NCBI GenBank assembly: GCA_051362555.1
Contig: CM120649.1
Coordinates: 18,738,567 to 18,802,566 of the forward strand
Length of the DNA: 64,000 nucleotides
Reading direction: 5' to 3'
Source: Lingula anatina
Lineage: Eukaryota > Animalia > Brachiopoda
Shown here: piece after piece, positions 12,599 through 26,164 of the stretch
Position numbering within the stretch: position 1 is the stretch's first letter
Layout of the letters: the number at the start of each line of letters is the position of its first letter
Translations under genes and position numbers: made by a program
The notes under the pieces: generated by a model
The model's input: the letters and a program-made list of their open reading frames with translations, nothing else
The model's database searches: none
What the model was told of the DNA's origin: nothing

Positions 12599-15500
12599 AT
12601 CTTTTTAAATTCCATTATGAAATATGGCTGACAGAAATATACAGTTACCTTAAGAACTTACAAAGGCAGACCCCCCTCCCCCCACAAATATCATAAAGCT
12701 CACTTTCCTGCTGGGGAATAGTTGTCATATCCCCCCTCCCCCTTTCTACATAAAAGGTTTTCATTTGCATCTAACTTACCAAAAAAAAAGGAAAAGGAAA
12801 TTGGATGAGGAGGACCACCATGCATCTACTGTCTTTGGCTAAATCGGTACCAAAAGAACAGGTGAAAAGTTCAAGGTGAAAAGAAACAATGGGGGGGGGG
12901 CAGACCCTGCATTAATCTCTAGATATAGACCAAAGTAACCACAGAAAATACATAGTCCCATGTATTTTGTGGAGTTGGGTGCAGGTAGTTGGACTGCTGT
13001 AAGAGCTACTAAGTAACTATTGCGGAATAAACTTGTGTATAAAACAAGCACCAAGCTTACTCATCACTAAATGACACCTTAATTTTTTTCTTGGATATTT
13101 GTTTTCCAGATTACAGTCAAGGTGTGTGACACCTGTTAAGGAATTATTGGGTATAGCTTGTACTCTTGAGTGTGTTTTCAATTTGGTTTTTATATGCACT
13201 ATGTTGCTCATAAATTATGTATAATACTGACTATAAATAAAACATCTCCACTGAAATGCAGAGAAGAAAATACTCGACTGGAGTGACGGATTTTAAAAAA
13301 TTAGTTTAAAGATGAGCTTGCGTGTCAGTGTTAAAGAGTTTGATTATTCCAACAGCAAAATGCACTCAACAGGCTTTTTGTAACTGCTATCCACAATTAC
13401 TGGCAAGTGTGTTCTCAATACAGCAGGGTTGTGTATGTGTGTGTGCATTTGTGCATGTGCATGTGTGTATGTCTTAATGTGTGTGTACTTATGTGGGTGT
13501 GTGAATATGGGGCTCTGTTCCCTTTCACTCTGATCTAACTCAGAGTTAAAATTAAACTTCAGAAAGCAGACCATTGATATAACACACACATGCACGCATG
13601 CAGCAGTTATATATTTTCACAACTTCTGAGAAAAAAATGTCCCATTTAAATTGACTCAATTACTAGTAAATGCCAGTTTTTTTTTTTTTTGTTAACTCTC
13701 TCTTTCTATTGCTCTACCTTATCTGACAGGACCACTCTTCCTCTCTATCTGAAGGTGTATTAAAATAAACCATCCAGGCTAGGTCGCGGTGTCGTAATCT
13801 CATCACGACGTCCCCCCGTGTCAATACCTCTATCAGCGATAGCAGCACTCTGGGGACTACAGCTTCATGACTCACTGGGAATACAGACCCTAGGGCCATT
13901 GACTTATTTGAATCAGGTTTTTTTATTCCTTCTATTTATGAGGAAGAAAATAGTGTCTGCTGTTCCTGAAGGGTGTATAGAGTTGTCTAATTTCATAATT
14001 TCATAAGAAAATTAGCTTTCACGATAGGACTGAACTTGTTCCATGTCTGCTATATATGGTTTCCAGCTCATCACTTTCCTGCAAACACCCTTCATTTCTG
14101 ACGCCACTGGAATCTCTCCTTTTTTAATTGTATACTAAAAACAGCAAAGGTAACAGACAGATTTTTACAAAACCCCTTCACATATAATGACAACTAAGTG
14201 CTAATTCCACTTGGAAAGTAATGACACTTCCTAAAGAAAAAATGAAGAAGTAATGAGGAGTTTGCTAAGGTATTCATTCACAACTACAAATATTCTACAC
14301 ATTTCTACAGTTGCTGTTTTTTAGATGTTATTCTATTGTTGATATGCTAAACAGCAGACCTTTCACAATTCATTAGCCCAATCACTTTATTAAAAACCTG
14401 CTTTGTGTCTACTTTCAATGTGTGTATGTCTGTGTCTGTGTGTGTATGAGAGAGAGAGAGATAGACAGAGAGAGAAAGCAGTCTAGGTTGAGCTAAAGCC
14501 AAGGTGCTGCAAGCAGCCTAACCTGCAAGCAATTTAACAGTTCCAGTCTGCTCCTATCCCACATAATATGTCCATTGATCCACTTAATACACACTAGATA
14601 CCTATAAATGTTAACTACCTCAACTCTTTAGGATACAAAAATCTCAGGTAGATTCCTCCTTCATGCAAATATATTCAGGGCAAGGCTGAAAATGTATCTT
14701 CAATAAATGTAAATGTTATAATCACGTCCCCTACATAATAAACAAGGTGAGATAAATTGATGCATTAAGCACTGAGCAGCACACACATCATATTTGCTGT
14801 GATGTGTTTATTTTGAACTTAAGCATTAAGAACATCTTTATATAAACTTCCCTCAGGTAAGACAGAGATGCAATTATAATATACCTACTAGTATATGAAT
14901 TTTCTCATTTTACTAATAACCCTTTTGACTTCGACATTTCTCATTCTTAAATGTGCTCCTTTCAGCATGTGTATAATGATCAACACTGCAGACATTTATT
15001 ATCATTATATAATTATTATTATTACCTGCACATCTAATGAAGATATTCTTGGCTCGCTTATCCATGTTTGTGGCAAAAAAAAAAGAACCCACGTCTATGC
15101 ATCATTACAAGATTCATATTGTCTAAGTTTAGTTTAGTCTAATTGGCAAAATTCCCTGACAAGGTGTTTTTCTCTGCCTAGAACAGCTGCCAGAAGCATG
15201 TCTAAAACTTGGCGAATTTCCTTTGAAAATCAGACGGAACATGTAATTGCTGATGTATAAACAGTTCTGGACTTGCTTAGAGTTACGATGTTCTTATTCG
15301 CTGGTGCATTTCTTTTGAAGATTATTTGAGGTATAATTTTTTTAAAAAATTATCTCAAGTTCTACTTACAGTTGATGATTTGAAGACTGCTGTATCTTAA
15401 GTTCCTCTCAACAAGAAGCAGCATACCAAGTGATACAGTTTGTACTAAAACACTTTGAGAGGTCGGATCATGCATTTAGTCTAAATTTGGGGGGGGGGGG

Positions 15501-16347
15501 GGTCACTTTTAGTAGTTCCCTTACTACTTACTACTCTTTGGGTTAAAGTTAATTAAATGGCCACAGAGAGCATGATGACTCCATTTAAGTAGTAAATCTA
15601 CAAAGTAATAGTTAAGCTAGTTAATAAGTTGTCAATTTTTCAATCCATACGTAAGTATACCACTCAATCTGAAAAGGGCCTAATGTTTAATTCTAGCAAC
15701 AGAGTGACGATATATGAAATAGGGAAAGAGATGTTCAAATGCATGTCTACAAGGAGGCAAATAAGTCCAAACTTTCCTACGCAGTCATATATCACTGAGT
15801 AGGTTTGTATTCCCATTGATACGTAATAAAAAAATTAAAACCATAAAGTTATCCATCAAAGACTTTATTGACCCTGCAATTGCAGAGTGTGTGTATGTGA
15901 GTGTGTGAGCGCACATGCGCATGTGTGTGCATGTGCGTGTGTGCATGCAAGTGTGCACACGCATGCACATGTCACATTAGTGTTTCTGTGTTATTTTTCA
16001 TGCGAATATGCATGTGAGGTGTATATCAAATGGTCTGTCTGTCTGTCTGCATACGTGTGTGAGCAAAACTCAGAAAAGTCAATATCCCCACAGGCCTAAT
16101 AAACACCCAATTAAGCAATTGGGAAAGCTAGCAAGGCAATGACCAATGCTGCACCTCGTCTGGGGGCACCTGTTAAATACATAATTGCCAAAGCAGTGCA
16201 CGGCACAGTTGTCTTCCTTACAAACAAACGGAGGAAGTACAGAATTCGGGTCTAAAACATGCCAAGGAAACGGCAGAGTCAACAGTTCGATATCAAAAAC
16301 ATCTGGCAGGAAAAAGCTGGAAATAGCCGGAATTACGAATCACTTAC

Positions 16348-16406
16348 TTTCCTATGACTTCCTGCAGCTCGTATATATCATCGAATAACACTTCTTCATC
16401 AGCCAT
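16348..16406 (-). CDS. CASK: First coding exon of peripheral plasma membrane protein CASK / LIN-2 (start of the CaMK-like domain); the rest of the gene lies beyond the window start
   Basis: Minus strand reads MADEEVLFDDIYELQEVIG(K), then AA|gtaagt (59 nt, phase 2). This closely matches the known CASK N-terminus [20 protein letters not shown]. An acceptor (tgtAG) at 16423-16424 and a donor (GAA|gtaagc) at 16537-16538 suggest an upstream 5'UTR exon. No exon 2 (GPFSVVRRC) was found in 1-16347. Confidence 0.9.
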
Positions 16407-17355
16407 TTTCCTTGCTTGGAATCTACAAGATCAGAAACAGGTCGTGAATGTTCATTTCATGGTGACCTCCCCTAGGAAATAGGTCAATCTGCAAATAGCG
16501 GACTTGGCAATGAATGCCTTGCATTTCATTAACGCTTACTTCGTTCACAGCCCACCTACCAATGTGAAACCTCTAGAGCATTATCCTTAAAAGGCGAAGT
16601 GTGTCTCAGGGAATTTATATAATCCTTTGGGTAACAGGTCTTTTAGAAAGCACACGGTTTTAATAACGATAGCCGGGCGGCACGATCAAGTGGACGCCAT
16701 TGGACGATCTTTCCGCAACACTGCATTCTGGGACAATGCTGCACATTTCTCAACCACAGGTGCGCCAACACTTGTCTCAACTAACACAATCCGCTGACGG
16801 TTCGCTCCTGATTCTTTGTGTTTGGTTCCAATGATGGGCACATGGATCTATGGATCTATGTCATACATAATTTGTCCGATTTCTTTTTCCTTTACATTTT
16901 TATGGACCATTTGGTAGGGGTGTAAATAGGGTGAGCGGATGTGTTGAAAGTCTAGTAGGTCCATGCACCACTTTCGCCCGCTTGACGTTGACTACAGGGA
17001 AAAGAGGAAAATCCCCCCTCCACCCACGCCATCCATCTTCCCGTCTATGTGTCAAAAATAATTCTAAGTGCATAATGGTGTGATATCTTGATAATGTAAG
17101 TGCCCGATAAGTTAAACGTTGTTTGGCGATCAATAAAATTGACTCCCGCTTTGGGCAAACCGATTTAGCCCAAATTGAAATGTGCATTGCAATTCTGTTT
17201 ATAAATTATTTTCTCCATTGAAACAACTAGACCCTAAGAATCAAGCGCATCAAAACTGACCATCCTAGTTTTAAGCGGAAATGTTATACCTGTTCAGTTT
17301 CTCAACTGTTGGTTGTAACCATCATACTCTCTATCGACCGAAACTCCTTTAAGAT

Positions 17356-17389
17356 CCGCCCAAGAGCCACAGGTATAAATAAAGCCAAT
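17356..17389 (+). promoter_or_regulatory. Possible core promoter of the lectin gene, within the CASK/lectin divergent intergenic region
   Basis: CCGCCC (17356-17361), TATAAA (17374-17379) and CCAAT clustered about 220 bp upstream of the ATG at 17598. Motif occurrence only. Confidence 0.3.
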
Positions 17390-17597
17390 CAATTTGGAAA
17401 TACAATGCAAACATTTCAACAAAATCGACAAAAGCAGATCGAATCATTCTACCTGCATACGTAATAGTGACGACCTTTATTTACTGACCGAGGTCATGTG
17501 CGATCAATTTTATTCATAACGGGATTAATTGGAACCAAACAGCATAACCAACGCCGACGGCGTCGCACCTGACTGTCACAGAACGCCTTGCAACAAT

Positions 17598-18661
17598 ATG
17601 GCACGCGTTCTGGCCACTCTTTTCCTACTTTATGGGACACCTGCGTTCATTGAGGGCTCGCTGTCCACCTATGGTCATTCGTTCATAGCAAGAGGTTCTC
17701 ATCTAGACAACGGGACGACCGTGATTGCCTCGCTGGAAGGGACAACAGAAGGACAGTGTATGACAGAGTGCCAGGCCAGCTCGCAGTGTGAGGCCACTAA
17801 TTACGATACTTTGACTGGACTGTGCCAGCATCTTGACACAATCCCCGGCACCCCATCCCTCACCTGTAACGCTGACTGGGTGTACGCCACCAAGAAAAGT
17901 TTGACAGAGAGTCAGGTACGTGGAGTGAGAGTTTAGAGTTTCGAATACGGAGTCCTAGGCCTATTCAAATCGCATTTACAATTCATAGGCGGGTTTTTCA
18001 GTTAAACTCTTGAATTCTTTTTTAAAACTTCCAAAACACTGCCACAAGTCTTTTGCCATGACAGGCAGACTGACAGACAGACATTTTGATTACTCGAAAA
18101 GAAAAAAAAACCTGTATGCTAGACTACTGTATCTAGACTACTTTCTTTGGAAGCCATAGAGGCGGCGACCATTTCATTAATTGAAATTTAAATAATCTTT
18201 TTATCACTGGCCTTGTCAAACGGCTCTTAGCATTTTTTAAAATATATATTTCATTCACGAATGGTTATTATTTAGTAACTTAAAGGTGTTTTGTTTATAT
18301 GATATTGACAAATCTCGTATCATTGCTGGACCCTCCGCTTTGTTCGACTTTTTGTTCTATTTAGATTTTGGTAATTTAGTTCTAAATGACAAACCAGCAG
18401 CCATGTCTTCCTATACAGTTCTGAGACACTATCGACATTATGTACTTTTACTTAAGGGTTTTGTGTAGATTTTAAAATCCACTAAATTGCGAAAGATAAG
18501 TAGCTTTGCAGGATATGTACGTAGAGATATATGAATATGACTTATGGGATTTCAAACGCGCACAGTAAGACCGTTAATTTTAGAAAAAAGGGTATAATAC
18601 GAAATGCAGAATTGATTAAAAGTTTAGGTCTGATCGAATTTCGATACCAGTTTCTGTTTCA

Positions 18662-18700
<39 letters not shown>

Positions 18701-21343
18701 ATTCTCAATTTTCTTTTTCTTTTTTCATTTTGTTAATTAGTCAAATGATAACATTCAAAGCTAAATATCAACGAATTGCAGAATTATATATTTGGTACGA
18801 AATTACAAAGTGCCCTACTAAGTTTCCATGCGACAAAGCTTGATTTTTCCCCGTTGTTTGCAATTAGAACCTGCAAAATAAATGAAAACATTGTTCATAT
18901 TTCTTTTACATCTTAATCGTAAGCGCCTGTTAATCAGTCATGTCTTTATTGTGCTTCTTGCACGCAAAGTATTTTTGTACATAGTGCATAAATAATAAGT
19001 ACTCTTGACGGTGTGTTTAGAAACTGTGAAATTGACACTGCCAAAAAGAACTGAAACTCTACCTTTTTACCTTTAATTGCCGCTATCGGCTCCTTCAGCA
19101 ATTCGATATGAAACATTTTCTTTATTCGATATCCATTATCGAATGTGATACCTTTTTTTCTAAAGAAAAATACTATCGACATATTGTCGTCCCTGACATT
19201 GTTTTTCATTGTAAACGAAAAAGAACTTTGAAAATCAATTGTGTGTTTGTAATGGGTCTTGTCATATGCTTTAAGTCGTTACAGTTTTTATGTATCACTG
19301 AGTAGCAGACTAATCAATGCTATATGTGATCGATTAAAATACAACTTGAAATGGACCAGTTGTGTTGACATAAGTAAGGGCAAAACGGATTTGCTATGGC
19401 GTATGGACTGCTCTTTAACTTATATGGTCATATTCTAGCCAGTCTAAATTATAGACTACCACACGTTTCTTACAACAGGAATGGATGGATTTATAAAACT
19501 TATTCGATTAAAGGGTTACTTTGAATGCTATGTGAATTTACATGTGTGTTGCCTCCTGTTTGGAGTGACCCGTCGGCACTTTCCTCGTCTCTAGCGACGA
19601 GGAAACAGAGCGGAATAATACGTACGTCCTGCCCCGTCGCAATGTACCGCAGGAACCGAGAGTAATATTCCATTATTAGATCTAACTTTAATAAACGAGT
19701 TCAATTAAAATTATGTTATAGATACAAAAGCGAAAAGTAAATGGATTATTTTTTACTGCAAAGTTTAGTAATTCAATCGTGTTTAATTATAACTTTATTG
19801 CATGAATGAAGTTTTCTTTAATCTACGGCCGGATTTACAATTTATTCTCTTTGTAGACGCCGTGTCTCCACCGCGCAGACTACATAAAGGCCCCAAAGTA
19901 ATATTTTCTATGTTTATATTTTCTTCCTCATATTATCTTTCCCAGTGCAGGCTTTGGATATAATAAAATCCTTCAAATGAAGGGGATGTGCTGTAGTTGT
20001 AATATGAGTGCAATGTTGTTTCGACTTTTTGTCTCAAATCCATTCAATACATGCTTGAGCTCCACCACATTCTATACTTTAAAGGTTTCGTCAGGACAGG
20101 AAATAAACCTTGCAACTACACTGCAAGCGCATTGACAGAATGCATATTTAGGATTTTATCAATGAAACGCCTCTTAATATAAAGTATACGCATGCGTTGC
20201 TGTTGACGTGAAAAACTCTCCATTAAAACTTATCTCTAATGTCAGCATAGCATATCCAATACAAACAAAACCCTCTAAGGCCTAGCTTCCTGTGCGTTTT
20301 CGAGATCAATTTTGGAATTGTGATTGAGCACTCTCGCTGGCTTTAGTATTGCTGACATTGTTGTCATTTAGCTACAATGTACAACATAAACAAATCAAAC
20401 CCTCAGACAACGACATCGGAGTACATATACTGAATGGGCGTATTCTTTTTTATTTCACTTGTTAACCGCAAACATTTCAAGAAATATGATTTAACGTCAT
20501 GATTTTACGGCATGTTGTTTACAAAAAATAAAAGAAAGCTACAAATGCGTGCTTTAACAATGTAAAAATGGTAAACATAACGGCTGGGTCAGTGTCACGA
20601 TATGGTATTAAGATCGATTTTTTTAACATTAGGACTCGGTGCCAAAAGTTCACGTTGTTCATTTGACAAAACAAAAATGAAATATAAACGCTTGATGCAA
20701 TTTATACATCTACCGTGTTTTAAAGTGACATTAAAGTGTACGACTGCGATATAATGGTCTACAAGTGGCAAATGTTTTTTCCTTTAAAAATACTTATTAT
20801 AAGCGAAATAAAAAACTTATCTCTAAGTGCAAAAAATTCCCCTTTTGTTATTTCATTCAGCACATCACCCGTTACTGCACATTGGGTGGCCATGATCTAT
20901 TTCTCCTCAATTTATTTCCTTTGTAAATTGGTGATAGATATAGTGATCGGTTTCCGCCGTAACTCTGTAACCAAGTATAAGTAATATTATGAAAATTAGC
21001 ATGGTTAACGACTAGGGTTTGAACTAAAATTTAGTGTGGGTGTTTCAAATTTTCCTTATTCAGACAGGGTAATGGCGAGTGCCAGGAAAGGGGGATCTAA
21101 GGCTGGTTATTAGTCGGAGTAAAAATACCTTTTATCCCAGGAAGATCGATATCCTTCCGAGCGCCTTTAGTCAACAGAGGTGCGGTGTCTAGTTCAAAGT
21201 TAGGTCAACTACATTTCTACATCACATGTACCTTCAGCTCTCTGCCGGCAAAGTTCCGAGTAAAGGAAACAAAAGTACCCGAGGTTTGCCAAATGACATG
21301 AACCTCAAAGTTTATCATTATAATTTTATTTATTTGTCTTTTA

Positions 21344-21380
<37 letters not shown>

Positions 21381-24300
21381 TTTTTTTTTTTTTTTTTTTG
21401 TTATAATCGCGAAATTCTTTCTGAGGCCATTCCAAAGGTCTACAGCAAATCGCCAAAGAGATAACAGAACAATTAAATACAATATTTTAACTTAAAACTG
21501 TCCTCTTTGTTCCAGCTCCCCGACAGTAACCCCTGCTCCCCCAACCCTTGCATGCACGGAACGTGCACGAGGAGCTGTGACGCGGCAGCTGGGTACACGT
21601 GCACGTGCGAGGAAGGATTTGCAGGTGCACGCTGCAATGAGTCAGGTAGGTGCACACACTCACACGCAAAACATCATACGTGCAGCTGTACGTGTCTACG
21701 TGTAGATCATTTTGAAAATAATTCCATTTTTGACCTTTCCTAATTATTTTATCAAAGTCAGTCCTTCGAATTTTCTTTTGAGTTAGGCTGTTCAACATCA
21801 AACCAACAGAGGCAAAAGACGTTACCTCCTTGGTGAAGGCAATGGCCACAGTTTAATTTTTTAGCCGTCCTTGCTTGGTCCGACTTTCGACTGTAGTCGT
21901 TTTGTAAAACAGGCTCAAGCGTTGTCTAAACCAGAGGTGTGATTACATTGACTTATCCACGAAGCTAATATTTATTTCCAGTCAGCAGCTGTCCTGACCG
22001 ACTGCTCGCTGGGGAGAAAATCCACCGCACCGATACCAACCACCCCGACTCCCTCTGCTCTGCCAGCGGACGCTACAAGCTGTATGTGGAGACGGACGGA
22101 GATGTCGTCATTTATGACCTCGGGGAGTACATGAACGCTGATCCTCCCCAGGTGAGTTACGTGTCCTAGACGAGAACGAGGCGGTTTCTATGTCATACAG
22201 TGTTGACTGTGTTTTGAACAGTATTTTGATTTTCTTGTGTAAAAATATAGCATTCCTTGCTGCAGACGGGAAAAAGGCCCACTCAACACAAACTGCGTTT
22301 TTAACAGTTGACCAATACTTCCATATCTCCCCAGCAATGGATTAACTAAGTATTTTGCCCCCCCCCCTCCACCCCATTTATTTATAATGATAAATAAGTA
22401 AAATAAAATAAAATAAAATTTTAAAAATGCCATATGCGAGGGAACGAATAATTACGTTCGAACGAAATACTTGCGAGGGAACGCAACAATTTTTACGTTC
22501 GAACGCAATCGTAACACGAAGACGAGGATGTAGCCGTCTTGGAGTGAAAGCTTAACGTTGCGTTCGAATGCAAAAATGATTTCTTTTGCACGTCCTTTTA
22601 AAAGCTCCGTAGAAAACGATACATTATGTAGTTCTCAATCTTCTTCATCAGCTTGTGTGGCACAGTAACACGTCAGGGACAAACGATGTCTACTTCACAC
22701 TCCAAAACGACGGGAACCTAGTGTCCTACGATTCCGGCAACACCGCTCACTTTTCCATCGATTACACCATCATAACAGGCACGCCGTTCTCGCCCTCTCA
22801 CATCGTACTGGAGAACGACGGCGGTCTCAGGTAAGGGTTCATCACAGAGTCCGCGTGGTCGTTCTTCTTCTTTTTTTTCTCAACAAATGAAACTGACACT
22901 GTTTAAGGTACATTTTACAACTTTATTTAAATACTTCAGTCCGAGATTTACTTTGCAGGAATGGCGCGTGTGGGAGGCGGGGAGTCCATTAGGGGATTAG
23001 GCAGCATTGTTTTAAGTCAGTCAGCCATATTTGATCCGCGGATTAATTTGTTCTGAATGCGGCCTTTTGCCATTTCTCAAGCTGTGCCAACTATGAGAGT
23101 TAAAAAGATTCACTTTTTCAGAAAAATACCCCCTTGGATGAAATTACTGGTCACAGGCCAGGGTTTAATCATACATTTGTCTCAAATTTGACAGGTACTA
23201 TGACGTCAATGGACTCCTTCGATGGGACTCAAAGACGGCTACTATCACGTACATGCAAGGCACGCTGCGCAAAACCCTGGCAGATTACAACCATAAAGGT
23301 GAGTTGATACCACGTGACCTATGACGCTGGTCGTCACGTGGCAATACGTAACAGTGGCAGGTTTGAACGACATCTTCAAATCTGACATTGGGTTTGTTTT
23401 GTCACAATCAAGGAAGGGATTCTTGAAGTTCCCTGCACGATAACATAACCTGTGAACAAAAATCAATAATGGTTTTCATTATTATTATGAGAAGCACTTC
23501 GTGAAATAGATAAGCCTTTTACAGGCCAGTCATGCATTTGATACTTGTGGATATGCGTCGTACAGCGTTTGATATTACTGTGTGCATCATGCATTATTCT
23601 TTCTGGATAATACGTTTACAGCCACAAACAAATTATTTTTATACAATGAATTGGCAGACACTAAGCTTATTGTGCATGGCGACAGTTCACATATTGTTTG
23701 TCATATAAGATATCTATAGTCTACTACACGTACTGATACGGCTAATATACATATATCAATATTTTCATGCTGTGAATTTATATATCTACATTCAATAAAA
23801 AATAGGTATTTAAAAATTAATCGTTATAATTTTTTGATTTTGAACAAAACCGAAAGTTGCCTTCCCTTCATACCAGTCTGTGCAAATCTCAGTACCAGCC
23901 GGTACCTGCTTTTTCCCAATGTGTTATACTCAAAAGAGACACAGTTGTAATAATTCAACTTCTGTTTCTTCAATGTAGGGTTCCCCATTGGCAGTCACTG
24001 GCGGAGGCCTGCTAGTAGTTGCTTCGAAATCCTCAGTAACAACGCCAGTTACGGCACCGGTATCTACTTTATCCGCCCCAGGGGGGACACCGGTTTAGCT
24101 GCTAGGACGTGGTGTGATATGGATTTTGACGGTAACACATCATGCACGACTTACATACTGAGATCATTTTACACTGTTTTGTTGGGTTCCGCTACATAAT
24201 ATATCTTGCCTTAGGTTACAATGTGTGGCGCGGTGCTGTATTCTTCAGTAATTAGTAATTACGTCACATTGTGTCGCGTTACGTCGTACCTGTAAGTCGC

Positions 24301-26164
24301 GCATGGCTTGATTGGAGAGTGCTCTAGTTCCCAGAGTTGGGTGCCATGCTTTTGGTAACGTTTAAATATGGGCACAGTTTTGGTGTTTGCCATTGGCGCT
24401 GTTTTGTTGTTAAGCATTCACGTATTTTTATGTTTTGCAGGCGGTGGTTGGACCCTGGTTTCCTACGGCTACATGCACAGTACAGGCAACGACGGGAACA
24501 GCCGCAATTTGGTGAACATGAACAGACAAAATGGCTACAACTGGGACCCCATAAGCCGCGCCAATAGCCACGTAAATATTGTCTCATCTTTCTTTTTTTT
24601 CTGTGTTTCTTCACTTTTTTGCTTAGGGCCTACAACGAGAGCAGGGCGGCACCATTACGGTGACCAATACTACGAACAGCATGGTGACGGGTTACCCTCT
24701 ACCAGGGTCACAGATTGATTTTTCACTAGATATATACAAATATATATCTGGGGAAATTTTCAAACGTTTTTCTACTGTCCAGCCACAATTTGTCCTCACT
24801 CAGCTGGCTTCTGGTACACAGTTTTAACGGGTGACATTCTGGATTTTTTCCAGGGTTTGATACCATTGCAAGACGGCGCAATCAAAATCGCCAACAACGC
24901 CAATTATATGCTGATGGCGGCGGGAAATAACCCGACCACCGGTGCGATAGACGAATACAGTCACGCCTATAAGATCGACATCAGACATAAAAAGTACACT
25001 ATAACGTTTGAGAACCACAGCCACTACAAATTGGGGACACACATGCATTCTCAGGCGTAAGTAGAATGTTTTGTGATATACAGAAATCAATCCTTTGTGT
25101 TCGCTGGGTAATAGTAAGGAAACTATACATCCCAGCAAACACATAACGTTATTATAACGTTACCATAACGTTAATTTTACCAAAAAAATCGTTATGGCCA
25201 CGTTATGGTAACGTTATAAAACGTTCTGTGTTTGCCGGAATTGTACTTCTTACTAGTCTTTATCGTCCATCCACCACCTCCATGACTTCGATCAAATTAA
25301 ATCGACTACTCCTTGCCTATCCTGCCAATCATATACTCGATTTTTTACCTCTTTGTATTACAAGCAGTATATTAGTAAACGAGTGATGTTTTGGCTACGT
25401 AGAAGAGGTATAAGTTGTATGTTTAAACTATGTGAAGAAGCCAAGTTTTACTTTGCAAATATGTAAAATACATAGTTCGAAATCTAAATCTAAATATAGC
25501 CTATCTGTAAACTTCCGAAAATCTAAACCTCAGGTATGTTAAAAGTCAGTCTCAAATTAGAAAGGATATACAGTATGGAAATGAAAGGGTGGCCATTAGT
25601 TACGCATTGAGATTATTGTCTGTTTATGAACTTTGGCCAGGTATACCGTGACGGCCATGAAAGGAGAATCTGGAACTGCTACCCGATACGCCCTGGCTGA
25701 AGCCCTGGGTGAGTCGTTCTCTCTCTCTACAGTTAACGTTTTAACGTTAATTAAAATGGGTCAAGTAAGGAGCATGCTTCTTCAGTAATTGTCTAATCTA
25801 AATTGTGTTACAATGAAAGGCTCGAGTTTCAAGCTATGCAAATTGTGTTAGAAAAGGCCATTCTATTGCGACTATTGACTAAAACAATGCTCTGTAACAC
25901 ACTCCTACCCTTTTCCTAGGCGTGACGTGGTCAAGCTCGTTCCCCGCTGGATACGGATTCAACGAGAACGACCAGTTGTCCGGATCATTTGACAAGGGTC
26001 CGTTTTTTCCCTCTGTTCACTCTGGAAGTGGGACGTCTTGTTCATGCACGTGCAGCAAGTGGGACCCGGATGTGACTGGAGGAAATCGCTGTTACTCACA
26101 CCGAGGCTGGTACTCTCTGAACGGCAACGGGTACACGGGAGCCATGAGCATTTGGTTCAAGTGA
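17598..26164 (+). CDS. Secreted mosaic lectin-like protein, 566 aa: signal peptide - PAN/apple - EGF - bulb-type (B/GNA) lectin - divergent fibrinogen-related domain
   Basis: Ten GT-AG exons with consistent phases: 17598-17915, 21516-21645, 21982-22151, 22652-22830, 23195-23298, 23979-24131, 24441-24571, 24854-25056, 25641-25708, 25920-26164 (1701 nt). Motifs: hydrophobic leader MARVLATLFLLYGTPAFIEG; PAN CMTEC..CEATNYD..LC; EGF CSPNPCMHGTC..YTCTCEEGFAGARC; B-lectin QNDGNLVSY; FReD-type PASSCFEI..GIYFIRP..TWCDMDFDGGGWTLV; C-terminus MSIWFK. Confidence 0.88.
22435..22611. repeat. Short repetitive element with GCGAGGGAACG / CGTTCGAACG subrepeats in lectin intron 3
   Basis: Two tandem ~36-bp units plus scattered cgttcgaa palindromes. 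Confidence 0.5.
24693..24823. mobile_element. Degenerate copy of the TACCCTCTACCAG MITE family
   Basis: Intact 5' TIR, decayed 3' TIR (CTGGTACACAGTT); flanks GTGACGGGT / TTAACGGGT. A truncated copy lies at about 27725-27790. Confidence 0.55.
25128..25242. mobile_element. Foldback/hairpin MITE in lectin intron 8
   Basis: CCCAGCAAACACATAACGTTATTATAACGTTACCATAACGT ... ACGTTATGGTAACGTTATAAAACGTTCTGTGTTTGCCGGA; arms of about 45 bp. Confidence 0.7.
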
